DNA of 64,000 nt, from positions 32,001 to 96,000 of the forward strand of contig CAWVRN010000006.1 of NCBI GenBank assembly GCA_963932905.1. Direction: 5' to 3'. The notes under the pieces were generated by a model. That model did not search any database and was not told the origin of the DNA. It saw only the letters and a list, made by a program, of their open reading frames with translations. Shown piece after piece: positions 19,532 through 28,986 of the stretch (position 1 is the stretch's first letter; every line of letters begins with the position of its first letter). The DNA comes from an uncultured Bdellovibrio sp. GTDB taxonomy: Bacteria; Bdellovibrionota; Bdellovibrionia; Bdellovibrionales; Bdellovibrionaceae. Position numbers and translations under genes: made by a program.

Positions 19532-20325
19532 TGGAAGCTTATTCTTTTTTAGCCGCTCCGTTTATTTTGGCGATATTACTGGTCGGCATTCATGCTTATT
19601 TAGGTTTACATGTTTTAAAACGCGATGTGGTGTTTGTCGACATCAGCCTTTCGCAAATTGCCGCCCTCGGAAGCACCGTCAGTTTATTTTTTGCTACCGA
19701 GAGCGAAAATAAAAGTTTGGCGCTATTGCTGTCGCTAACGTTCTGCTTGGTCATCTCTTTTATCTTGGCCATGCTACGACACTATGAAAAGAAAGTGTCA
19801 CAAGAAGCTCTTATCGGAATGACTTATGCTTTGGCCAGCGGTGCGCTGATTTTAGTTACGGATAAGCTACCTCATGGAGCCGAACATTTAAAAGAAGCTC
19901 TGGTTGGCAATATCTTGTTTGTAACTTGGACAGAAGTTATAGAAACAACGTTGGTGTATTCTATTGTTGGCGGACTACACTGGATTTTTAGAAAGCAGTT
20001 TTGGAGTGCGTCTGAAGGTAAAAACAAAAAGTTCATATGGGACTTTTTGTTTTATTTCCTATTTGGAATTGTGATCACGTTCTCTACGCGACATGCGGGC
20101 GTACTAGTCGTATTTTCAATATTGGTGGCACCTGCGGCTTTGGCTGGGCGATTTCTCAACACGGTCTCTAGTCAGTTGAGCCTCGCTTGGGTCACCGGAA
20201 GCCTTGGTGTTTTGTTGTCGTTTGTATTAAGTTATCGATGGGATTTGCCGTCAGGGGCGGCAATAGTCTGCACACTGACGACATTATTTTTCTTGGCGCT
20301 ATTTATTAAGCCAAAAGAGGCCTAA
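19531..20325 (+). CDS. Metal ABC transporter permease (ZnuB/MntB, ABC-3 family)
   Basis: Multiple TM helices, HAYLGLHVLKR..FVDISLSQIAALG, LVGNILFV and DLPSGAAIV. Start overlaps the SBP stop. Confidence 0.88.
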   Translation: MEAYSFLAAPFILAILLVGIHAYLGLHVLKRDVVFVDISLSQIAALGSTVSLFFATESENKSLALLLSLTFCLVISFILAMLRHYEKKVSQEALIGMTYALASGALILVTDKLPHGAEHLKEALVGNILFVTWTEVIETTLVYSIVGGLHWIFRKQFWSASEGKNKKFIWDFLFYFLFGIVITFSTRHAGVLVVFSILVAPAALAGRFLNTVSSQLSLAWVTGSLGVLLSFVLSYRWDLPSGAAIVCTLTTLFFLALFIKPKEA

Positions 20326-21143
20326 TGAATCGATCCGCCCTTACCATATTTTTCGGGGGATTGCTGATAGACTTGCTGCGCTTGAGGTAACCACTGTGTC
20401 AGTTTCGCGCGGCGATTACTATCCGATGGATGCGTTGACATCCACTCGGGCACCTCACCGCCCTTAGCTGCGTTCATGCGTTCCCAAAGGGCGATGGATT
20501 CTGAAGGTTCGTAACCAGCTTTAGCCATATAGATTTGTCCTACTTGATCAGCTTCAGTTTCATCTTCGCGTGAAAATTTACGGTTGAAAAAGGTGAGCGC
20601 CACACCAGCCGCCGCTCCACCAAGGCCCGCTAACAGTCGACAATTTTCTGTTTTACAAAGCAACTGCCCCCCAACCGCTGTGGCCACGCCTATCAAAGCA
20701 CCTGTTTGCTGCTCCTCAATGGCCCGAGCGTAGCCCTTCTGTCCATGACGTCGCGTCGCATGCGCTACCTCATGACCCATCACTGCGGCCAACGCACCTT
20801 CTGTTTTTAAGATCGGCATAATTCCCGTGTACACGGCCATTTTTCCACCGGGCATGCACCACGCATTAGGTTCATCATTTTCAATCAAAACAATTTCCCA
20901 CTGAAAATTTTCACCTGAAGCCCGGGCGATACGTTGACCCACTCGCTGAACCATTTCGTTCCAATCTTTACGAGTCGAAATTTTGGATTTGGATTTCACT
21001 TCTTGGTAGGCCTTTGCCGACTCGGCATTAATTTCAGCCTCGGTTGGCGTTTGCGCCTGCGACAAAGTGGAACATCCCATCGAGCTAGCTAACAAAAAAA
21101 CTGAAACCACTGAAACCAGAAGAACTGAAACTGTTTTTTTCAT
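20322..21143 (-). CDS. M48-family zinc metalloprotease lipoprotein (LoiP/YfgC-like)
   Basis: Motifs PNAWCMPGG, GHEVAH (HExxH), FSREDETEAD and STHP, with a lipobox-like SMGC. Confidence 0.92.
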   Translation of the reverse strand: MKKTVSVLLVSVVSVFLLASSMGCSTLSQAQTPTEAEINAESAKAYQEVKSKSKISTRKDWNEMVQRVGQRIARASGENFQWEIVLIENDEPNAWCMPGGKMAVYTGIMPILKTEGALAAVMGHEVAHATRRHGQKGYARAIEEQQTGALIGVATAVGGQLLCKTENCRLLAGLGGAAAGVALTFFNRKFSREDETEADQVGQIYMAKAGYEPSESIALWERMNAAKGGEVPEWMSTHPSDSNRRAKLTQWLPQAQQVYQQSPEKYGKGGSIH

Positions 21144-21451
21144 AAGATAATCCGCCTTTATATAGGAATCCTTCGCTTTATTGGTCCGATCTTAATAACA
21201 AAACACCAGTCTAAACAAGGTCATTAAGCACACCTATTTTTTATTAAATATAATATATTTATAGTATGTTTTACTAAATAAACTCAGTATTTTATGATCA
21301 TTTTTAAATAAGTTATCAATTTTTTTATTGAAACGCTGCAGCATTATTGCTGTACTTACAGCAGGCCATCAATTCTCATATTGAATTTTATGCTTCAGCA
21401 GGTCACCCCGCCCGCCAGGCAAGGGAACAGTTTTTGAAACCATAGAAATCT

Positions 21452-22684
21452 ATGAAGGCACTGATTACATTCGTTTTTATCGCGGCTTTAGCTTATGCCG
21501 GAGACAACAGCTGTCGTTCTTTTTATAATCCGTCAATTTCGGAGACACACCCAATACTAAGTCGCCCAGACGCCGTAATTTACGATGTCCATGCGGTCGG
21601 AAACTCCTGGGCAAACCCCTTTGCGCAAAACGACCCATCTACGTTTCGGACTCAGATATATAGCTCTTTCACCGTCACCCGCTTAAGGGAAAATCCAAAA
21701 ACCGGCAAACTTCCTGAAAATGTCGTTAATGAAAACTTTTTATATAACACCGGAATGCAGTCTAGCACAGGCTTGCTCTTTCTATTGGGCGAGAACAGCC
21801 GCTCACTGAGCCAAATTTATTCGAACTACGCAAAACAAGGCCCCGAACGCAGCGAAAATATCAAGACGTACCAACAAGAAGATCTAAGTTATCGCGATAG
21901 AACAACCCACTTTTTATTGCAGCAAAATTTAGAAACCGTCGGACGAATTCAGCTTCAGCATTCTTTGAGCCCCAGCCAGAAACTCAATGTCGAAGCTCAT
22001 TTTCCTGATGTTGCACCCAAAACGATTCGTTCTGGCCCAGGGAAAATTTTTTTCGAACTCGGTCGCCTTCATATTCCTCAGCCCAAAAAAGATGGCAAAG
22101 GCATAGTAGGCGAATACGAAAGACAGCTCGCATTTTACGAATTGTTCCTTAGACCATTAATGTACGCGATTAAACAGGCCCCAGAAGGGGCTATTGTTTT
22201 TCAAACCAACGCTCGTGTTTTGGCAACTATCAGAAATCGAATTCGGCCCTATCAACTGAAAGAAGTTTCTCTTATTTCCAAGCCAGGAGAACCGTTAGAA
22301 TACCTAACGATAATTAGGCCCAACGAGATTGCAAAGCTCACCAATGTGTTTTTCCTAAAACGATTCCAACTGATTTTACTAAATTTTCTTAGCTCCAGTA
22401 TGGGTGAATTAAGATTTACCATTCACCCGGACGAGAGAATTTATTATGACGACTTAGACGTCCATTCCCTAACTCAGTCATGGGCTCATCGCAATTACGA
22501 GCCGATCTTTAGAGAGCATTTCAAAAATGCGCTGGGACCTTTAAGAAATCTTAGAATTACGATGAACGCTACATTTTCGCTTGATACATCCGGATTTATT
22601 AATCCACATTTTATCTCGATTGGAAGACCAGAAGCCGAAACTTTATTTGAGCGCAGCCAACGTCGAATTCGTGAACTCTTTTAA
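21452..22684 (+). CDS. Secreted hypothetical protein with a possible GNAT/FeeM-like central domain
   Basis: Signal peptide. The segment HFLL...VGRIQL...LNVEAHF...FELGRLHI resembles N-acyl amino acid synthase-type GNAT patterns (inferred by eye). Confidence 0.55.
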   Translation: MKALITFVFIAALAYAGDNSCRSFYNPSISETHPILSRPDAVIYDVHAVGNSWANPFAQNDPSTFRTQIYSSFTVTRLRENPKTGKLPENVVNENFLYNTGMQSSTGLLFLLGENSRSLSQIYSNYAKQGPERSENIKTYQQEDLSYRDRTTHFLLQQNLETVGRIQLQHSLSPSQKLNVEAHFPDVAPKTIRSGPGKIFFELGRLHIPQPKKDGKGIVGEYERQLAFYELFLRPLMYAIKQAPEGAIVFQTNARVLATIRNRIRPYQLKEVSLISKPGEPLEYLTIIRPNEIAKLTNVFFLKRFQLILLNFLSSSMGELRFTIHPDERIYYDDLDVHSLTQSWAHRNYEPIFREHFKNALGPLRNLRITMNATFSLDTSGFINPHFISIGRPEAETLFERSQRRIRELF

Positions 22685-23236
22685 GAGTTCTTCGTAATCG
22701 AAATCTTTGTTTTCGGAAATTCCATTCAGTATGAAACCGCTCAGTTGAATATGTATAATTTTAGCCTGCTGAAGCGGATTAACGTTTCTACTGAATATCC
22801 CCTGCCCCTGCCCTTCAGAGATAATTCCCGCAATCCGATGAATAGCGATGCGTTTGACTTGAGTATTAATCGATCGAAGTTTTTCGTCAAATACCGCCAG
22901 TGAATGCAATTGCATGTATATTTTAGTCAGTGCGGGATCTGAGTTGAATTGATCCCAAGATACAGCGATGTACTCCTTCAGTTTATCAATGGGATTTTTG
23001 TGCAAACTTAAGTTATTCGACGTACGTTCTATAGCTTCCTGATAAACGTGCTCCCATACTTTGGGAAAAATATCGTCTCTAGTCTTGAAATAGTGCATAA
23101 CCAAAGGTTGCGAGACTTTGCTTTTATCGGCAATTTTCTGAAACGTTGTTTGATGAAGTCCAATTGTACCCACACATTTGATGGCGGCGCGAACAATTCG
23201 TTTTTCTGTATTGAGCCCTTTTTTTAGCTTCATCAA
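22643..23236 (-). CDS. TetR-family transcriptional regulator
   Basis: N-terminal HTH GLHQTTFQKIADKSKVSQPLVMHYFKTRDD. Confidence 0.92.
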   Translation of the reverse strand: MMKLKKGLNTEKRIVRAAIKCVGTIGLHQTTFQKIADKSKVSQPLVMHYFKTRDDIFPKVWEHVYQEAIERTSNNLSLHKNPIDKLKEYIAVSWDQFNSDPALTKIYMQLHSLAVFDEKLRSINTQVKRIAIHRIAGIISEGQGQGIFSRNVNPLQQAKIIHIQLSGFILNGISENKDFDYEELLKEFTNSTLAALK

Positions 23237-23367
23237 GCCTATTGGATCATATCCAGCGACAGAGTTCCAGTCGATAATGAAAGTGGCAACGGATTTATTT
23301 CTAATTATTTTTACAAAGATACTGTCGTTGCAGAACTAAGAGAATCTGGGCAAAGAATTGATACATT

Positions 23368-24318
23368 TCAGTTCGGAAGGGCTGGTAGTTGAGCACGGCA
23401 CGATTCAATGAGTTTTAAAAATTCTGGTTTTGAATTCATCCATCGTATCACCTCAAATTTCGACTTTGCCGGTGAAAAATGAAAAATAATTTGGTTCCAC
23501 AGCGCATTGCCTAACTTTTGATTTAAAGGGTGCTTCGAATTAATTTCGATATCTTTACCTTTCACGTATATAAACGGCAGACTGGCCGGCTTTAAACTGA
23601 CGTCGTCACCAAACGCAACGAATTTAGAATAATCCAATTCAGGGTGTTTCCCCCGTTGGGTTAAGAAAAAATTAGAAACTCGGCACGTCTTGCTTGTTTT
23701 ATAGTAACCATTCTCCATCATAATTTCTTCAACCGCATTCACTAATGACAACAAAAAGTCACCACGAAAATAAGCAAACATTTCTGAACGAGCAATTCGT
23801 CGATCGAAAACGGATAACTTCGAATAATTGGTTTTTAAATACTGATCCAAATCGGTTCCTAACATGGCCAACAATGTGATATCGACAGGATCTTTAGATT
23901 TTGGCAACCATGCGTATTCGGCATGGGAGAGTTCATGAAAAATAGTCGAAGCTTGGACTGACCAAATCGACGGTTCTGCGAATTCCAACTCGTTTATAGT
24001 TTTAATTCTTTTACGAGTTTTGCCATCAGTGCGAATTTCATCCGTCGTATGTTCTTCTTTCAATACAACCGTGTTTAATACACCATTGTAGGTTGCGGCC
24101 GCATCCTGATTAATCACTCCCCATTTTTCAAGCAAGCTAGGAAGCGCTAGTTTCGTTTTATGTTCAAGCAACACGTGTTGCATAAACATAGTATTCATCG
24201 GCAAACGTTGATCGAGAGAATTTAGGAAACTGTTAAATGGCTCAGCGACGGCAAGTTGTCCTGTCATCGCGAACATTCCTGTGAACAAAATTGAAAAACT
24301 CAAAACCTGTGGACGCAT
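23368..24318 (-). CDS. Secreted protein with an HExxH zinc-binding motif
   Basis: Likely ATG at 24318 with GGAGGG RBS. Signal peptide, TIFHELSHAEY and downstream SEMFA. Confidence 0.65.
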   Translation of the reverse strand: MRPQVLSFSILFTGMFAMTGQLAVAEPFNSFLNSLDQRLPMNTMFMQHVLLEHKTKLALPSLLEKWGVINQDAAATYNGVLNTVVLKEEHTTDEIRTDGKTRKRIKTINELEFAEPSIWSVQASTIFHELSHAEYAWLPKSKDPVDITLLAMLGTDLDQYLKTNYSKLSVFDRRIARSEMFAYFRGDFLLSLVNAVEEIMMENGYYKTSKTCRVSNFFLTQRGKHPELDYSKFVAFGDDVSLKPASLPFIYVKGKDIEINSKHPLNQKLGNALWNQIIFHFSPAKSKFEVIRWMNSKPEFLKLIESCRAQLPALPN

Positions 24319-24396
24319 GGACCCCTCCAGCAATTTCACGCTATCGCCTTAGAATTCACGTGACAACTGCAAATGACGCTGACTAGGATTTTATTC

Positions 24397-25272
24397 ATGA
24401 AAAAAATATTACTTACACTTGTCACACTTATACTAACTAGTTCCGTCTCTTATGGGTACGCAGGAAGCCTGATGTATATGGAATATCAAAACGTCGTGGA
24501 AGGAATTTTAAATGACGTAAAAGAATCGGCGCCGGATCGATTACCTGACGATGTCGTCTTCCCTGGCAAACCAAAACAAGTCGCATTGTTTTATGGTAAA
24601 GGCACTTGGGGTACAGGCAAAAACCAGCTCAAGAATTTTCTTTATAGCCATGGACGTTCATACAAACTGATTTATGAAAAAGACATTTTGAACGGTTCCC
24701 TGAACAAAGGTGGCTTCCATACTCTCATTATGCCGGGTGGAAAATCTTGGATCTACAATGAAAACCTTGGCGCTTCGGGTGCACAAGAAATTTTAAAATT
24801 CGTTAATGCGGGCGGAAACTATATTGGTATTTGTGCCGGTGCTTTCTATGCGACATCTCATAGGCAGGGACCTTCGCCGACTCCGATCAATTATGGTATT
24901 GGACTACTCAATGGTATTGCTCTTGACGGCACGGCTCTGAAAATGGCCTCGTTCAAAACTGGAATGTCTGACTATAAAGTTTTGATTCCTAACTTTAAAG
25001 ACACCTATCGCATTCTTTTACTGGGTGGTCCTTCACTACTTTACACAGATACAGAAGCTAAAACAAAAAAGATCCAGGTGTATTCAACTTTTGCTCCGAA
25101 TTTTCCAGCCATGATCGCTTTTGAGTTTGGCAAAGGCCGCGTATTTTTGTCAGGTCCACATTTAGAAGTCGAAGAAAGCCAATCCATCATCGGTGTTAAA
25201 TACCGCGATCCCGACAGTGAATGGCCAATCGTCGAATACGTATTCACGAACCATTTTAGAAATCCCAAGTAA
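24397..25272 (+). CDS. Exported BPL_N / class I glutamine amidotransferase-like hydrolase
   Basis: Signal peptide, LIMPGG, GGNYIGICAGAFYA (nucleophile elbow) and SGPHLE (His-x-Glu). Confidence 0.8.
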   Translation: MKKILLTLVTLILTSSVSYGYAGSLMYMEYQNVVEGILNDVKESAPDRLPDDVVFPGKPKQVALFYGKGTWGTGKNQLKNFLYSHGRSYKLIYEKDILNGSLNKGGFHTLIMPGGKSWIYNENLGASGAQEILKFVNAGGNYIGICAGAFYATSHRQGPSPTPINYGIGLLNGIALDGTALKMASFKTGMSDYKVLIPNFKDTYRILLLGGPSLLYTDTEAKTKKIQVYSTFAPNFPAMIAFEFGKGRVFLSGPHLEVEESQSIIGVKYRDPDSEWPIVEYVFTNHFRNPK

Positions 25273-25462
25273 GGTGATCCGTCTGTGGTTCGACAGCTCT
25301 GCCTAGAGCCACAGTCTTTTCCAGGACCTTCGAATTGTATCATTTTGAAATTCAATTTTCCTATGCAGATTTCTTGCTTCGTTATCTGACTAAAATCTTT
25401 CGTCTTTAAAAAAACAGAATTTATTGTTACCCAAAAAAACGCATTAAAACCACAGACCTAAC

Positions 25463-25490
25463 TAAAGTCACCCACTCTTTGGTCCGATGG
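25463..25490 (+). promoter_or_regulatory. Putative sigma-28 promoter
   Basis: TAAA-N16-TCCGATGG, about 60 nt upstream of the lipoprotein at 25552. Confidence 0.6.
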
Positions 25491-25551
25491 ACTTTGTGAG
25501 TGTGAACCGCATGTAACTTCCGAAGCACTTACATAAAAAAAAGGATGACTT

Positions 25552-26355
25552 ATGAATGGGAAGTTATTTTCACGTATTCTCTTAGCTTCTAGTCTGACGT
25601 TTCTGATTCAATGCTCTCCGGGCAGTTTCAAATCAGAAAATAGTCCGACCAGCAGTTCTAACAATTCTACCTCTACGGGAGGAGGTGGCGGTGGTGGCAC
25701 AACAACAGATGACTTGGCCGCACGTCGTAAAACTTTAGAAAAGGCTATCGCTTCGGCCAGTATGACTGGGTATGCCCTAACCGGAGCGATCCCAAGCTCA
25801 ACCGTTCCTTACATCGATTTTGATCGCGCGAATGGAAACTTTGTAATTCGTGTTCCTATGACTAACTTTGGATCGCTGACTAGCATCGACATGACGTTCC
25901 CGGAATATCCTGGAATGCGCCTGTATATAGACTATCTTTCTTCGATGCCTTACACGACGCTGATCATTCCGGTGAAGTATGTGCTGCGAAATGTCACAGA
26001 GGTTCCTGCGAAGCTACCTAATGGCAATACCGTGCCTCTTTTTCCGGCGGGCGAGGCGCCATCACGCGCTATTTTGCTGACTCCGAATAAGGAAAGAAAA
26101 GTCTATCTGTACTTAAGCGCTGAAGCTTTTGGCCTATTTGCAGAAACTTCATTCAATCCGTTAGCATCGTTCAGCGTTTCGGGCATCCCTGTTCAGTTAA
26201 ATGATCTGATTTTTACAATCTCGGACAAGAATCAAAATCCACTTGGGTATATTACTCTTGTGGGTGAAAAAGCCCCGTATAAGGGCGGGTTCTTCATTTC
26301 GCACAAAATTGACCCAAAGTTGGGTAAGATTTTGGACGAGTACTACCTGAACTAA
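25552..26355 (+). CDS. Hypothetical lipoprotein with a Ser/Thr/Gly-rich tether
   Basis: Signal peptide ending FLIQC, then a low-complexity S/T/G7 linker and a beta-rich domain. Confidence 0.7.
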   Translation: MNGKLFSRILLASSLTFLIQCSPGSFKSENSPTSSSNNSTSTGGGGGGGTTTDDLAARRKTLEKAIASASMTGYALTGAIPSSTVPYIDFDRANGNFVIRVPMTNFGSLTSIDMTFPEYPGMRLYIDYLSSMPYTTLIIPVKYVLRNVTEVPAKLPNGNTVPLFPAGEAPSRAILLTPNKERKVYLYLSAEAFGLFAETSFNPLASFSVSGIPVQLNDLIFTISDKNQNPLGYITLVGEKAPYKGGFFISHKIDPKLGKILDEYYLN

Positions 26356-26494
26356 ATCAATTCTTAACAATAATTTAAGCCGAGATTAGGTAGGGAATTA
26401 GGAAACTAATTCCTTGCCGTTAAAAAAAAGCTCCGTTAGCATCAGACTTGTGATTAATTAAACCGCTATCGAACGGACCTCGAAGGAGTTTTTT

Positions 26495-27010
26495 ATGGCT
26501 AAATCTAAAAAGAAAAAACCAGCACCAAAAGCAAAAAAGGCAGTAAAAGCCACAAAGAAAGCAGCGCCAAAAGCTAAGGCAAAAGCAACTAAAAAAGCAG
26601 CTCCTAAAAAGGCCGCTAAAGCGACTAAAAAAGCAGCCCCTGCTAAGAAAGCAACAGCGAAAGCAGCAAAAAAAGCAGCTCCTAAAAAAGCCGCTAAACC
26701 AGCTCCTGCTAAGAAAGCTAAAAAAGTAGCCGCGGCAGCAGCAGCCGCTGGCGCAGGGATGATGATCAGCGAAGAAACTGAAAAATCATTGGACGAATTA
26801 ACTTCTGAATTCGAAGATGATTCCGAAATGGAAACAGTAACTGGTTTAGATGATGAACCAACTGCTGAAGACGAAGATGACAACTGGGATGACGCTGAAG
26901 AATCAGAAAAATTCGAAGACATGGAAGAAAGCGATGATGACATTGCTGGCGACGATGACGACGATACTGATGACGAAGACGAAGATGATGGTGAGGAAGG
27001 TTACTTCTAA
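26495..27010 (+). CDS. Histone H1/HC2-like Lys/Ala/Pro-rich protein with a highly acidic C-terminal half
   Basis: AAGGAG RBS, KKAAP/KATKK repeats, then an Asp/Glu-rich tail. Followed by a terminator. Confidence 0.8.
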   Translation: MAKSKKKKPAPKAKKAVKATKKAAPKAKAKATKKAAPKKAAKATKKAAPAKKATAKAAKKAAPKKAAKPAPAKKAKKVAAAAAAAGAGMMISEETEKSLDELTSEFEDDSEMETVTGLDDEPTAEDEDDNWDDAEESEKFEDMEESDDDIAGDDDDDTDDEDEDDGEEGYF

Positions 27011-27036
27011 ACTTTCATTTCAATAATGAAAAACTC

Positions 27037-27065
27037 AAAGCCCACTTTAGAGTGGGCTTTTTTTT
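27037..27065. terminator. Rho-independent terminator between convergent genes
   Basis: AAAGCCCACT-TTAG-AGTGGGCTTT followed by a T-run. Confidence 0.85.
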
Positions 27066-27067
27066 GT

Positions 27068-28930
27068 CTAAATTCCCAGGCGCACACCTGCAAAAAATTC
27101 TAAGCCTGGATTTCTATAGCCATAGCTTTCGTCGTATTTTTCAGAAAGCAGGTTTTGTCCACGGAAGTAGAGCGACATTTCTTCGAGCGAAACTGACCGC
27201 GCAAATCCTTCGGACAAATTGAAAATGTAACTTGAACTTAATGTCGTGTACGGAGGCAAACTCACGGTCTGAGTTGAGTTTTTAGTGTCATCGCGAGAAC
27301 CCCTAGCAACCAATTCTAGATTCCAAGTCGATTGCTCATCTTTCCTACTGTATACAAGACTTGCACTTTGTAATGGTCTACGCACTAACCACTTGCCCGT
27401 ATTGATATCGCGAGGTTCTTGATAAGCCATATTAACCGTTAGCTTTTGATCAAATGTGAATCGATACGACGCCGCCGCTTCGATACCTCGAGTGATCGTA
27501 CGACCGACATTGTAGTACTGCAAAGGATTACCACGAGCTGCGATTAGGTTTTCAATATGAGTTTCAAACACCGTGACGGAGGTTTCTAACTCTTCATTAA
27601 TAACTTTATCGTGGCTCAAAGAGAATGTGCGTGATGATTCTGGATTTAACCAGGAATTTCCTTTGTTTGAAAATAGCTGATACAGCGAAGGCAATCTGTA
27701 GCCTGTAGAATGTTCCAATTTAAAATCTTCGTATTTCACACCGACTTGATAGGTTCCTACATCCCGATAATGTAAATCGGTATCGTAACGATAGCCCGCC
27801 TGCAGAGACAAATCCGACATCGGCAAATATTCTACTTTGGTGAATGTACCCGCCATCTCGTTGCTTTGTTCGGCTTGCATTTGTTTGAAAGTTTCATACA
27901 ACATCGTTTCTTTTTGGAAACTAGCCCCCACATCCCATTTCCAAGACTCTTCATTTAACAAACGAAATTCAAGGCGCACTGGGATCAATGTACTTTTGTA
28001 TTCCTGATTGTCCTCGGTTGAGCTGAACTGATTTATGCCTTGGTTATACACGCGATGAGCATCCACAAATCCAGCTGATAAAAATGGTCGATACCAAACT
28101 GAATTATTTCTGTAAGCCATTTGGTACTGATTCACTTCACTAAATGTAATAAAATCTAACGTATCTGCCGATTTAAAATCAGTGTAAGAAAAACCCGTCG
28201 CATTTTCGTTACGATCAGTTGTATGCGATAGTTTGATATTGAACTGATAATCATCACGCAACAAATAAACGGCTTCCACATTGTCTTTGCGTCGTTTGTA
28301 TTTGAAATCCGAGTTTTCCACTGGGCTTGGTGAGTTTTGGTATTGATACTGGCCGCGTACGATGGCCATAGACGTTTCCGAAATTGCTTTATAGAAATCG
28401 CCGCTGACTTCGCGATAATCACTGCTGCCACCTTGGATATCTAGGCGATGGTTTTCTTTCCATGTTCTAGGTAGTGTGTCGATTTTAATAACAGCGCTCA
28501 GCGCTTGTCCGCCATACCAAACCGATTGACTGCCCTTGATCACTGTAATTCGCTGAACCGAATTTAAGCTGATCGAATTTAAATTGAATGAACGTTGAAC
28601 CGTTGAAGCATCATAAACAGGTATGTCATCGATAACAATCAAGACTTGGCTGGAATCGCCACCGCGCACAAGTAGTGAGTTGGGCTGAAATGCCGAGTTC
28701 GTAATATTGATATTGGCCTTGGTGGACAATAGCTCCGACATATTCGGTGCTTTTGAATTTTGAATTTCTTCTTCATCAATCACAACGCGCGATGAGGTCG
28801 AAAACGAAGTGTCGTAAACTTTGGTTTCGTACTTCGCTGCCTCGTTCTTGCTGGTCGTCGTTGTCGTGGTTGTCGTTTGGGCAGCAACAGTAGCTGCCAA
28901 GGCCAATAGTGATATTAAAATGTATTTCAT
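27068..28930 (-). CDS. TonB-dependent outer-membrane receptor (BtuB-like size)
   Basis: Plug domain (VRGGDSSQVLIVIDD, VQRITVIKGSQSVWYG), YRLPSLYQLF, and C-terminal QNLLSEKY...PGLEFFAGVRL. Confidence 0.9.
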   Translation of the reverse strand: MKYILISLLALAATVAAQTTTTTTTTSKNEAAKYETKVYDTSFSTSSRVVIDEEEIQNSKAPNMSELLSTKANINITNSAFQPNSLLVRGGDSSQVLIVIDDIPVYDASTVQRSFNLNSISLNSVQRITVIKGSQSVWYGGQALSAVIKIDTLPRTWKENHRLDIQGGSSDYREVSGDFYKAISETSMAIVRGQYQYQNSPSPVENSDFKYKRRKDNVEAVYLLRDDYQFNIKLSHTTDRNENATGFSYTDFKSADTLDFITFSEVNQYQMAYRNNSVWYRPFLSAGFVDAHRVYNQGINQFSSTEDNQEYKSTLIPVRLEFRLLNEESWKWDVGASFQKETMLYETFKQMQAEQSNEMAGTFTKVEYLPMSDLSLQAGYRYDTDLHYRDVGTYQVGVKYEDFKLEHSTGYRLPSLYQLFSNKGNSWLNPESSRTFSLSHDKVINEELETSVTVFETHIENLIAARGNPLQYYNVGRTITRGIEAAASYRFTFDQKLTVNMAYQEPRDINTGKWLVRRPLQSASLVYSRKDEQSTWNLELVARGSRDDTKNSTQTVSLPPYTTLSSSYIFNLSEGFARSVSLEEMSLYFRGQNLLSEKYDESYGYRNPGLEFFAGVRLGI

Positions 28931-28986
28931 GAGCCAATTTTTAAACCAAAATCGGTTTAATTCAACAAATGACTGCTAGTTGAAAC

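Noticed and set aside
26458..26943. 161-aa minus-strand ORF (Ser-rich, then Ala/Phe-rich)
   Set aside because: Antisense shadow of the low-complexity K/A and D/E gene, which has the RBS and terminator.
28931..28986. Cobalamin riboswitch upstream of the BtuB-like receptor
   Set aside because: The 56-nt AT-rich gap is too short and has no B12 box, so the substrate is unassigned.
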